Source of the DNA: Chitinophagales bacterium
GTDB lineage: Bacteria; Bacteroidota; Bacteroidia; Chitinophagales; Chitinophagaceae
Direction: 5' to 3'
Assembly (NCBI GenBank): GCA_015655015.1
Contig: JAATFV010000248.1
Location: 17,012-81,011 of the forward strand
Length of the DNA: 64,000 nt
A program made the translations under genes and the position numbers. Every line of letters begins with the position of its first letter. The first letter of the stretch is position 1. This document shows positions 1-8,531 of the stretch, piece by piece. Below the pieces are notes generated by a model, which was not told where the DNA came from, ran no database searches, and saw only the letters and a list, made by a program, of their open reading frames with translations.

Positions 1-613
1 TCTATGTAAAGAGCGCGGGATGGCAATGCGGCGACCACCTGGCGCGGCCATTGCCGACACCTGCCGGAGAGAGACCTTTCTTCCCGAGTGGCTGCAGGAG
101 GTAAAAGTGGTTCCAGGGTTTAAAGAAATTGAAGACGTAAAAGCAGTCTCAGTATCTTAAGAATGGGGGGCACAGCCTAAAACTGTTTTCAGAGTTGATC
201 TCATGCAGGTAAGCAACAAGTAGAACAAGCACACAATTTTAGTCTAGCTCATCTATTCTGTATAGGTGAGAGGAGAATGAACGACCATTGAATATTATGT
301 CCTCTTGATAGGCTTAGTTAAGTGCGGCTCGAGGAAAAAGCAGATTTTTTTCTTCCGGACATTTTGCACTTATGGATACCGATTTGTCGGAAATGTGCCA
401 CATTTAGACATCTTGCCATGTCTCATGTGCACATACATTTTGAGGATGTTTTTTACCATAAGTAAATCCAATTTCAGCAAACATTAGTTGTTGCAAAGTC
501 ACCGACAAATCGTCATAAAAGCGATACCTGCAAAATCACCTCACTCTATTCTGCATAGGTCGCGTATTCTACAAGTGTGTACTTTTAGTGATCGGTTGAC
601 CTTAACAGTGTGT

Positions 614-826
614 ATGAATAGTGAAAAAGAAAGGGAAGCGGATCCTCTGGCGGAAGACCAGGAGGAACAGGCGGAAGCTATGTTAAAATCTGAACAGGTT
701 ATGAAGTTGCTGAAGGAAAAAGGCATGGATATAACCCATGAACAGGCAATACAGGTCCTGGTATTCCTTCATCAGCTCTCCAACATCATCGTATCTAAAT
801 TCTTACAAAATGAGCAAAATAGCTGA
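614..826 (+). CDS. Small helical protein upstream of the serine recombinase (possible accessory/directionality factor)
   Basis: ATG at 614 within the 488..826 ORF; 70 aa; overlaps the recombinase start by 17 nt. Function inferred from position only. Confidence 0.6.
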   Translation: MNSEKEREADPLAEDQEEQAEAMLKSEQVMKLLKEKGMDITHEQAIQVLVFLHQLSNIIVSKFLQNEQNS

Positions 827-2399
827 TTTATATATCCGGGTAAGCACGGATGAACAGGCAGACAAAGGGTACAGCCAACGCAACCAGGAAGAAGTGTTAC
901 GGAAGTATTGCCATATCAACGGTATCCAAGTACGGCAAGCCGTTTTTGAAGATCATTCAGCCAAAACCTTCAACCGACCGGCCTGGAAAAATCTGCTGCT
1001 ATCCCTAAAAAAGAAACGCCATGGCTCAGACCTGGTGCTCTTCACCAAATGGGACCGGTTTAGCCGTAATGCCGGGGATGCCTACCAAATGATCAACGTA
1101 TTACGCAAAGTAGGAGTAGAACCGCAAGCTATCGAACAGCCCCTGGACTTATCCATCCCGGAAAATAAAATGATGCTGGCTTTCTACCTGGCTGCTCCGG
1201 AGGTGGAGAATGACCGGCGGGCCCTGAATATTTTTTCGGGCATGCGCAGAGCGATGAAAGAAGGCCGTTATATGGGTCTGGCTCCAATTGGATACGCGAA
1301 TAAGGCCGACGAGAGAGGAAGGAAATACATAGCCCCTAAAGAGCCCCAAGCCACTATTATACGATGGGTCTTCGAAGAGCTGGCTAAAGGGGGGACCAAC
1401 ACTGAGAAAGTCTTCAAGCTCGCGAAGGAAAAAGGGCTGACATCTACGAAGAGTCATTTCTGGTTTGCCGTTCGCAATCCGGTCTATTGCGGGAAAATAT
1501 TCGTTCCTAAACACAAGGACGAAGAAAGCCGATTCGTAAAGGGACAACACGAACCGATCATATCGGAAGCCTTGTTCTACGAGGTACAAGACGCCCTGGA
1601 TGGCAGGAGCAGAAAATATAAAGTAAGAACAGTAGCCAATGAGTTCCTGCCTTTGCGCGGCTTCCTGCTCTGCCCAAAATGCGGCAAGCCCTTATGTGGT
1701 AGTTCCTCCAAAGGCAGGAGCCGTTATTACCCGTATTATCATTGTGTAGGTGCTTGTCCCTGCCGGTTCAGGGCAGACAGGATAAATCAAATCTTTGTAA
1801 CGGAGCTTAAAAAATACATTCCCAGGCCGGAATTAAAAGACCTTTTCAGGATCAGCCTTTACAAAGCTTTCACCAAACAAGCCGGCAGTCAACAAAGCGG
1901 GCAAAAACAACTGGCGGCAGAAATTAAAGACCTGGAAATAAGACTATCAAGAGCGCAGGATCTGCTCCTTTCCGGAGAGATCGCCCCGAACGATTACCGG
2001 GATATAAAGACGAACTACACGGAAAAACTGAACCGCGCACAAGTCAAACTGGATACCCTGTCAATTCAGCCGACGAGTATCGACAAACTATTAAAAGAAG
2101 GCCTGGACAATCTTTTCCAGCTGGATAAAATCTATGAAAGCGGTTCGATGGAGGTAAAACGGCAGGTTATCGGTTCAATGTACCCGGAAAAATTAACTTT
2201 CGACGGAGATCACCTTCGAACCACGAGGATCAATGAGGCGGTTCGAATAATATACACGATGGGCAAGGACTGGGAGGAAAATAAAAAAGGACAAAGCGAG
2301 AAAAATTCCGCTTTGTCCTGTCAGGTGGAGGTGAGGGGATTCGAACCCCTGTCCAAACATATTCCCCAAAAGCTTTCTACATGCTTATTCCGGCATTGA
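810..2399 (+). CDS. Large serine recombinase (resolvase, recombinase, Zn-ribbon and coiled-coil regions)
   Basis: YIRVSTDEQ catalytic motif, DRFSR, HEPIISEALF, LRGFLLCPKCG...YYHC zinc ribbon. Likely start MSKIAD at 810. Confidence 0.93.
   Translation: MSKIADLYIRVSTDEQADKGYSQRNQEEVLRKYCHINGIQVRQAVFEDHSAKTFNRPAWKNLLLSLKKKRHGSDLVLFTKWDRFSRNAGDAYQMINVLRKVGVEPQAIEQPLDLSIPENKMMLAFYLAAPEVENDRRALNIFSGMRRAMKEGRYMGLAPIGYANKADERGRKYIAPKEPQATIIRWVFEELAKGGTNTEKVFKLAKEKGLTSTKSHFWFAVRNPVYCGKIFVPKHKDEESRFVKGQHEPIISEALFYEVQDALDGRSRKYKVRTVANEFLPLRGFLLCPKCGKPLCGSSSKGRSRYYPYYHCVGACPCRFRADRINQIFVTELKKYIPRPELKDLFRISLYKAFTKQAGSQQSGQKQLAAEIKDLEIRLSRAQDLLLSGEIAPNDYRDIKTNYTEKLNRAQVKLDTLSIQPTSIDKLLKEGLDNLFQLDKIYESGSMEVKRQVIGSMYPEKLTFDGDHLRTTRINEAVRIIYTMGKDWEENKKGQSEKNSALSCQVEVRGFEPLSKHIPQKLSTCLFRH
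2283..2319 (-). terminator. Intrinsic terminator for tmRNA, inside the recombinase CDS
   Basis: 11-bp inverted repeat AGGACAAAGCG (2288-2298) / CGCTTTGTCCT (2309-2319), followed by a T-run on the minus strand. Confidence 0.75.
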
Positions 2400-2694
2400 T
2401 TGTCGGGAAATAACAGGAACCGGACACACCGATCATTTCCTTAGCTGAATGGTCTTAAGCAACAGTCACAGCCTTCTGTTGCAGCATCCCGTATTTTTTT
2501 TGAGTCGGCGGCAAAGCTTGGTAACAGGCAAACCTGCTAAGCGGCCCTAATGACTATCTAATCACTGATTAGGCAGCCATGGCATACGTAGTATTGCCAT
2601 TTGAAATGTGAGTATTCAGATTTACGTGCTAATTACACAACGCACGGCATGCTTACACCTTCAAAGATCTATGCTGTCAAAACCAGGCACCCCC
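2324..2694 (-). ncRNA. ssrA: tmRNA
   Basis: 5' GGGGGTGCCTGGTTTTGAC and 3' GGACAGGGGTTCGAATCCCCTCACCTCCACC form the Ala-tRNA-like domain; tag frame GNTTYAMAA-stop at 2598..2569. Confidence 0.96.
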
Positions 2695-2896
2695 ATTTTC
2701 CAGCCGCCACCGGGGAGACAACTATCGGCGACGACCTTATTCCTGGCTGCCGTCTATCGACCCGGCCAGGACCTGTAAAATTACGATAATTAATTGTGAT
2801 GAACAAACCCGCACCCGTCATTGCCAAAGACCCCATCCCTTCCCCGGTGCCAGCCGGCCCGGTTCTCTCCGGCCGAAGGCCGGCCAGCCTATTAAT

Positions 2897-4255
2897 CTAT
2901 TTAAACATCCTGAAAATATCCAATCCCAACGCATACGCCATCAACGCAAACAACAATATCATCCCCGCCATCTGCGCGTACTCTATAAACTTATCGCTCG
3001 GCTTCCTCCCCGTGATCATCTCTACCAGCGTAAACAACGCATGCCCCCCATCCAGGGCAGGGATCGGCAATACATTCATAAACGCCAGCAGGATGCTGAA
3101 AATAGCCGTCAGCGTCCAGAAGCTCTGCCAGTCCCAGATCGGCGGAAATACATTCGCAATGCTCACCACGCTTCCCAGGTTGTCCTGCACCTTAACTTCT
3201 TTCGAGGTAAAAAGCAATTTCAGATTTCGGATATAGTTCGTCAGCGTCTGTACACTTTTATGAACACCGGCCGGAATGGCCTCTATCAAGGTATAATTGA
3301 TCTGACGGCTGCCCAGGATATCTTCCATAGCTTTATACCGCACCCCGTTATCCCCTTTTGCATCATAAGCCATGACCGTACGGATCGTATCCTTTCCATT
3401 GCGCAGAACGACCAGCGGGATGTTCTTATTCTTCAGGCTATCGAAGGAAAGGTCTCGGATCAGATCCGTGGAATAATGGATCGGAATATTATTCAGGGCG
3501 ATCAGGGTATCGCCTTTCTGAAGGCTCCCCTGGATATATTTCGCAGAAGGCAGAATAGAATCCACGATCATCGGATAACGCACATAGGTGAAGCCGCCTA
3601 AGCGGTTCTTGCTCAGCTGGCTGATGAATCCTGTCGGAATGGCTAATTCCATCCGCTGCCCGTTCCTTTCGATAGTAATGGACCTGGCCTCGTTCATGAT
3701 GATCTCCGAGCCCACGGTGCCTTGTCTTTCGACTGTCTTCCCGGCTACCGCGATGATCTTATCGCCATCCTGCATGCCTATTTTACGGCCCAGGCTATCC
3801 GCATATACGCCATAGCGCAAATTAGCGGCAGGAACATACTTATCACCCCAGGTCCACATGATCATGATGAAAATGAAAAGAGCGAGCAGCACATTCACCG
3901 TTACCCCGCCCAACATAATGATCAGCCGCTGCCAGGCCGGCTTGCTGCGGAACTCCCAGGGTTGTGCAGGCTGATTCATCTGATCCTTATCCATACTCTC
4001 GTCGATCATGCCCGAGATCTTCACATAACCGCCGAAAGGGATCCATCCCAACCCGTATTCCGTCTCCCCGATCTTCTTTTTGACCAGGGAAAACCATGGA
4101 TTGAAGAACAAATAGAACTTCTCCACCCGGCATTTGAACCACCGGGCAGGTAAAAAATGCCCCAGCTCATGTAATACCACCAGTATCGAGAACGATAAAA
4201 TAAACTGCAGTACCTTAATTCCGACTCCGGACCAATCAATTGCTAATAGTGTCAT
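2897..4255 (-). CDS. rseP: RIP metalloprotease RseP
   Basis: HELGH, PFGGYVKI, PDZ-like middle, NVLPIPALDGG; adjacent to dxr. Confidence 0.95.
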   Translation of the reverse strand: MTLLAIDWSGVGIKVLQFILSFSILVVLHELGHFLPARWFKCRVEKFYLFFNPWFSLVKKKIGETEYGLGWIPFGGYVKISGMIDESMDKDQMNQPAQPWEFRSKPAWQRLIIMLGGVTVNVLLALFIFIMIMWTWGDKYVPAANLRYGVYADSLGRKIGMQDGDKIIAVAGKTVERQGTVGSEIIMNEARSITIERNGQRMELAIPTGFISQLSKNRLGGFTYVRYPMIVDSILPSAKYIQGSLQKGDTLIALNNIPIHYSTDLIRDLSFDSLKNKNIPLVVLRNGKDTIRTVMAYDAKGDNGVRYKAMEDILGSRQINYTLIEAIPAGVHKSVQTLTNYIRNLKLLFTSKEVKVQDNLGSVVSIANVFPPIWDWQSFWTLTAIFSILLAFMNVLPIPALDGGHALFTLVEMITGRKPSDKFIEYAQMAGMILLFALMAYALGLDIFRMFK

Positions 4256-4297
4256 ATGTTGAGATCCACCAGCGGCGGAAATTTAAATGTTTAATAA

Positions 4298-4344
4298 ATT
4301 TGCCGGAGATACGCTTCTAAAAAATTAGCGCATCTCCGGCAAAT
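4298..4344. other. Long inverted repeat between dxr and rseP
   Basis: ATTTGCCGGAGATACGCT / AGCGCATCTCCGGCAAAT, 18 bp with one mismatch. Confidence 0.6.
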
Positions 4345-4440
4345 GCGCTCCAGCGTTTTAATCAAACCTGCCAAATATCTGCTAAATTTTACTTAATCTG
4401 TCTATCATAAGTAATATTTATTACAGAATGACACAAGGAT

Positions 4441-5610
4441 TTAAAGCTTTATTAACGAAGCCGCAAAATTACGGGCCTCCCCATCGCTTTCAAAATATTC
4501 TTCCAGCGTGGGATGTTCGATGAACGGCACCTGGTGCATCGTGCGCTCTACCAGGTCCGTCATATCCAGGAAGCCAATGCGGTTGCGCAGGAAGGCAAAT
4601 ACGGCTATTTCATTCGCTGCATTCAGTATACAGGGGAGGTTCCCGCCCTTGAACAGCGCATCCGTCGCCAGGGTCAGGTTGCGGAACGTTTTGGTATCAG
4701 GCTCTTCAAAAGTGAGCGTGTTTGGCTTCTTAAAATCATAACGCGGAAATTTATTCGCTATGCGTTTGGGAAATCCCAACGCATATTGAATAGGCAATTT
4801 CATGTCCGGCATGCCCATCTGGGACTTGAGACTGCCATCTTCGAACTGGATCATGCTATGGATAATGCTTTGCGGATGGATCACCACCTGTATCTGGTCC
4901 GGCTGCAAATTGAACAGCCATTTGGCTTCGATCATCTCTAATCCCTTGTTCATCAAGGTAGCAGAGTCGATGCTGATCTTGGCGCCCATGCTCCAGTTAG
5001 GGTGTTGCAACGCATGATCCCTCTTGACATTTACCAGGAAATTCGGTTTCTTCCCTAAAAAAGGTCCCCCCGAAGCGGTAAGGATGATCTTTTCTATCGG
5101 ATTCCTGGTCTCCCCGACCAAACATTGAAAAATGGCCGAATGTTCAGAATCTACCGGAATAATAGGCGCCCTCTTCTCCAGGGCCTTCCGCATGACGATA
5201 TCCCCCGCAACAACGAGGGTCTCCTTATTGGCCAGGGCCACCGCTTTCCCATTTTCAATAGCGTTTAAAGTTGGGCGGAGACCGGCAAAACCCACGATCG
5301 CAGCCAGCATGATATCATAGCTGTCCATTGACGCCACTTCCTCCAGGGCTTTTTCTCCCGCAAATACTTTGATCGGATGCGAAGCCAGGGCGCTTTTCAC
5401 CTTCTCATATTTTTTCTCCTCGCCGATAACAACGATGTCCGGCTTGAAATGCAAAGCCTGGGCGATCAGCAGCTCGTCATTATTCTGTGCCGTCAGCACC
5501 TCCGCGGAAAAGAGAGAAGGGTTGGCATCGATTACCTCCAGGGCCTGCCTTCCGACAGAACCGGTAGAACCAAATACAGCAATACGTTTTTTTGATTGGC
5601 CGTTTGACAT
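4441..5610 (-). CDS. dxr: 1-deoxy-D-xylulose-5-phosphate reductoisomerase
   Basis: GSTGSVG, LANKETLV, PVDSEHSAIFQ, HPNWSMGAKISIDSATLMNKGLE. Confidence 0.98.
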   Translation of the reverse strand: MSNGQSKKRIAVFGSTGSVGRQALEVIDANPSLFSAEVLTAQNNDELLIAQALHFKPDIVVIGEEKKYEKVKSALASHPIKVFAGEKALEEVASMDSYDIMLAAIVGFAGLRPTLNAIENGKAVALANKETLVVAGDIVMRKALEKRAPIIPVDSEHSAIFQCLVGETRNPIEKIILTASGGPFLGKKPNFLVNVKRDHALQHPNWSMGAKISIDSATLMNKGLEMIEAKWLFNLQPDQIQVVIHPQSIIHSMIQFEDGSLKSQMGMPDMKLPIQYALGFPKRIANKFPRYDFKKPNTLTFEEPDTKTFRNLTLATDALFKGGNLPCILNAANEIAVFAFLRNRIGFLDMTDLVERTMHQVPFIEHPTLEEYFESDGEARNFAASLIKL

Positions 5611-5638
5611 TCTTAAATTATTTCAGGGAAACGATAAA

Positions 5639-7138
5639 CTACTCAATATATTTTTCCAGCTCACCGGCCAGTTTACGATCATTGCTCAGGCGCGGCACTT
5701 TGTTTTGTCCGCCCAGCTTGCCTACCGATTTCATATAATCAATAAACCCGTTTTTTTTCACCGGGCGGATCTGCAGCGGCTGTAAGATATTGCCCGTGAT
5801 CAGGTCATCGTAATAGATATTCTTAGCGCGCAGGTTGGCATCTACCCGGATGGCAAACTCCCGGATATCAGCGGGTTTGTTCTCAAACTCTACAAACCAT
5901 TCATGATAAGACTTCCCGTTCCCCTGCTGGATCATGGGGGCGACGGTAAATTCCGTGATCTGCAGCCCCTCTTCCCGGGCCGCCTTCATCAGGCTGAATT
6001 CTACTTCCTCCCCGATCACATGCTCCCCGAAGGCGGAAATAAAATGTTTGATCCTTCCCGTTACCACCAGCCGGTAAGGATTGACAGAGACAAAACGCAC
6101 CGTATCGCCGATACTATACCCCCAAAGGCCGGCATTCGTGTTGACCACCAGCGCATAATTCTCTCCGGTTTTCACCTCCTTCAGGCTCAGCCGGGTGGGA
6201 TTCTCCTTCGATATCTCCCCGGCAGGGATGAACTCAAAGAAGATACCGCTGTTCGTATTCAGCAACAGGCCCTCTTCCTCCCGGCTATCCTGGAAAGCAA
6301 AAAAACCTTCGGAAGCAGGAAATGTCTCGATCGTATCTATCTTTTTACCAATGCTCTCGAAAAGCTTGGCCTTATAAGGCTCAAAATTCACCCCCCCATG
6401 CACCAGCACGGAAAAAGAAGGGAAAATATCTTTGATGGGCTTGCCGCTCACCTGGATCAGCCGGTCAAAATACATCTGTACCCAGGGCGGAATGCCGCTG
6501 ATCAGGGTCATATCCTGCCTGATCGTTTCTTCCACGATCTTATCCAGCTTGGTCTCCCAATCCTCGATGCAATTAGTCTCATAGGAGGGAAGCTGGTTGG
6601 TCCGGAGATAACGGGGGATATGATGATTGACGATCCCGCTCAGCCGGCCCGTCGGGATCCCCGCGATACGTTCCAGTTCGGGAGACCCGGATAAAAAGAT
6701 CATCTTCCCATCCGAAAAGGCCGTGTTGCCTGTCCCGGCCATATAACAGAGTAAAGCATTCCGGGCGGTATTAATATGATTGGAAATGGAATCTTTCGTG
6801 ATGGGAATGTACTTCACCCCGCTGGTAGTGCCGGAGGTCTTGGCCAGGTAAATGGGGATGCCCTGCCATAATACATTGTGCTTGCCTTCCTTGATCTGCT
6901 GGATATAACCGGAGAACTGCTCGTAATCCCGGATGGGAACAGCCTGTTTGAACTCCTCATAGGTCTTCACTTCCCCCAGTTTGTGATCCTCTCCGAAAAC
7001 AGTCTTGCTCCCTATCCGGAGCAGGTCCTTGAAAATGGCGTCCTGGTCTGCCGCCGCCGTGGTCATCCCCTTTTGAATAGCCTTATATATATAGGAAGCG
7101 AAAGGTCTCGCCAGGAACGATTTTATCTTCATGTTCAT
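5639..7138 (-). CDS. GH3-family acyl-acid amido synthetase-like protein
   Basis: KTSGTTSGVKYIP, ASEGFF, YSIGDTV, C-terminal GGQNKVPRL. Confidence 0.92.
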   Translation of the reverse strand: MNMKIKSFLARPFASYIYKAIQKGMTTAAADQDAIFKDLLRIGSKTVFGEDHKLGEVKTYEEFKQAVPIRDYEQFSGYIQQIKEGKHNVLWQGIPIYLAKTSGTTSGVKYIPITKDSISNHINTARNALLCYMAGTGNTAFSDGKMIFLSGSPELERIAGIPTGRLSGIVNHHIPRYLRTNQLPSYETNCIEDWETKLDKIVEETIRQDMTLISGIPPWVQMYFDRLIQVSGKPIKDIFPSFSVLVHGGVNFEPYKAKLFESIGKKIDTIETFPASEGFFAFQDSREEEGLLLNTNSGIFFEFIPAGEISKENPTRLSLKEVKTGENYALVVNTNAGLWGYSIGDTVRFVSVNPYRLVVTGRIKHFISAFGEHVIGEEVEFSLMKAAREEGLQITEFTVAPMIQQGNGKSYHEWFVEFENKPADIREFAIRVDANLRAKNIYYDDLITGNILQPLQIRPVKKNGFIDYMKSVGKLGGQNKVPRLSNDRKLAGELEKYIE

Positions 7139-7173
7139 GGCGACAAACCTACATATTTATGCCCAATAGACAA

Positions 7174-7196
7174 TAAAAAGCCGATTCACCGGCTTC
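7174..7196 (-). terminator. Intrinsic terminator downstream of the candidate 6S RNA
   Basis: Minus strand AAGCCG-GTGAAT-CGGCTT followed by a T-run. Confidence 0.55.
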
Positions 7197-7310
7197 CCGT
7201 GTTAGTTTACACGTCCTACGCCCGCTCAGGTTCATGCGTTTCGTTGAAAATCAATTGATCCGGCAGTCTAATCCTGCACAAAAAAGATAATTTTACAGGC
7301 AACGAAACGT
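7190..7310 (-). ncRNA. ssrS: Candidate 6S RNA (6S-Flavo-like); 5' end uncertain
   Basis: Minus-strand 3' end GTGTAAACTAACACGGGAAG resembles my recollection of Bacteroidota 6S ends; 10-bp inverted repeat CGTTTCGTTG/CAACGAAACG; own terminator. Confidence 0.45.
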
Positions 7311-7445
7311 TAAAATGCAGGGGGTCCCGCCGGGGGGAGCTGCTCAACGCCCATCGCCGACGCCCTAAATAAAGGAAATATTATTAATTTTGCCTTTCCG
7401 GGGGCTTTTTTCCCGAAAACCTTCTTTTTTTTCCCGAAAACCCCT

Positions 7446-7453
7446 TACCTTTG
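7446..7453 (+). promoter_or_regulatory. Bacteroidota housekeeping -7 promoter element for rplU-rpmA
   Basis: TACCTTTG matches TAnnTTTG, 21 nt before the rplU ATG. Confidence 0.7.
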
Positions 7454-7474
7454 CAGCCCTAATATTGAAATTTT

Positions 7475-7777
7475 ATGTTCGCAGTTGTAAAAATAGCCGG
7501 CCAGCAATTTAAGGTCCAGAAAGACCAGACTTTGTATGTTCCCCATCTCGCAGGTAACGCCGGTGATAAGGTAGAATTTGGAGAAGTGCTCCTGGCTTAT
7601 GGCGACGATAAGTTGTCCGTAGGAAAAGATCTGAAGGCTGTCATCAAGGCCGAGATCGTTGACCAGGTTAAAGGCGACAAAGTAATTGCCTTTAAAATGA
7701 AAAGAAGAAAAGGATTCCGTAAGAAACATGGTCATCGTACTCATTACACGAAGATCCGTATCAGCGAAATCGCTTAA
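7475..7777 (+). CDS. rplU: 50S ribosomal protein L21
   Basis: MFAVVKIAGQQFKV...KRRKGFRKKHGHR. Confidence 0.98.
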   Translation: MFAVVKIAGQQFKVQKDQTLYVPHLAGNAGDKVEFGEVLLAYGDDKLSVGKDLKAVIKAEIVDQVKGDKVIAFKMKRRKGFRKKHGHRTHYTKIRISEIA

Positions 7778-7833
7778 TTAAAGTACAGGTAAAGTACAGG
7801 CAACAAACGTAAGAACTACAAAATTGTAAGATA

Positions 7834-8100
7834 ATGGCACACAAAAAAGGTGAAGGTAGTGTAAAGAATGGTCGCGACTCACAAAGCAAACGCTTAGGAG
7901 TTAAGATCTACGGCGGTCAGCCCGCTATCTCCGGCAACATCATCATTCGTCAACGCGGTACCGAATATCATCCCGGTAAAAATGTTGGTGTTGGAAGAGA
8001 CTGGACTTTGTTCGCTCTCACAGATGGTCTCGTTGAATTTAAGAAGGGAAAAGGTGATAAAACCTTCGTTAGTGTCAATGCTACAGAAGTAGGTGCTTAG
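7834..8100 (+). CDS. rpmA: 50S ribosomal protein L27
   Basis: [24 protein letters not shown]. Confidence 0.99.
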   Translation: MAHKKGEGSVKNGRDSQSKRLGVKIYGGQPAISGNIIIRQRGTEYHPGKNVGVGRDWTLFALTDGLVEFKKGKGDKTFVSVNATEVGA

Positions 8101-8199
8101 AACAATTTTTGAATAAATCAAAAAAAATTTTTGGTTAATTCAAAGATATTTCTATTTTTACTGTTGTAATTGATTTACTAACCAATTAAATTCAAAAAA

Positions 8200-8298
8200 A
8201 TGGCAACAGCAAAAAAAGCAGCTAAGAAAAAAGCAGCACCAAAGAAGAAGGCCGCTCCGAAAAAGAAAGCCGCTAAGAAAGCTGCAAAAAAGAAATAG
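8200..8298 (+). CDS. 32-aa Lys/Ala-rich histone H1-like peptide (not in ORF track)
   Basis: MATAKKAAKKKAAPKKKAAPKKKAAKKAAKKK; A-rich leader, synonymous codon variation between repeats, terminator downstream. Confidence 0.8.
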   Translation: MATAKKAAKKKAAPKKKAAPKKKAAKKAAKKK

Positions 8299-8329
8299 TT
8301 CTTATTTCTTAGATAAGCAGAAACATATC

Positions 8330-8363
8330 AAAGTCCCGGATAAAATCCGGGACTTTTTATTTT
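8330..8363 (+). terminator. Intrinsic terminator
   Basis: AAAGTCCCGGAT-AAA-ATCCGGGACTTT followed by a T-rich tract. Confidence 0.85.
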
Positions 8364-8531
8364 CCGGACATCGGGAGCCGGCCGCAAAAGTATATCAGCC
8401 ACTAGCCGTGAAAAGTACAACCCCTCTTCGTTTCCTAACAACCTTCCGAAAGTGGCTTCCTTTCAAACCCTCTGCTAACGCGGTTTTCAGCCTGCGAATC
8501 ACCATCTGTCTTTGTTTCGTACCTTAGCCTC

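Larger units (their letters stand above)
1..2325. mobile_element. One end of an integrative element inserted at the 3' end of tmRNA (extends beyond window start)
   Basis: Recombinase gene abuts and runs into the ssrA 3' end; the other att site is not in the window. Confidence 0.65.

Noticed and set aside
1-160. Possible 3' end of a plus-strand CDS ending at 160
   Set aside because: Too short and no recognisable motif.
738-809. Listed N-terminal extension of the recombinase
   Set aside because: The catalytic motif normally sits near the N-terminus; ATG 810 fits better.
2601-2789. 62-aa plus-strand ORF
   Set aside because: Antisense to the tmRNA 5' end and leader; no protein features.
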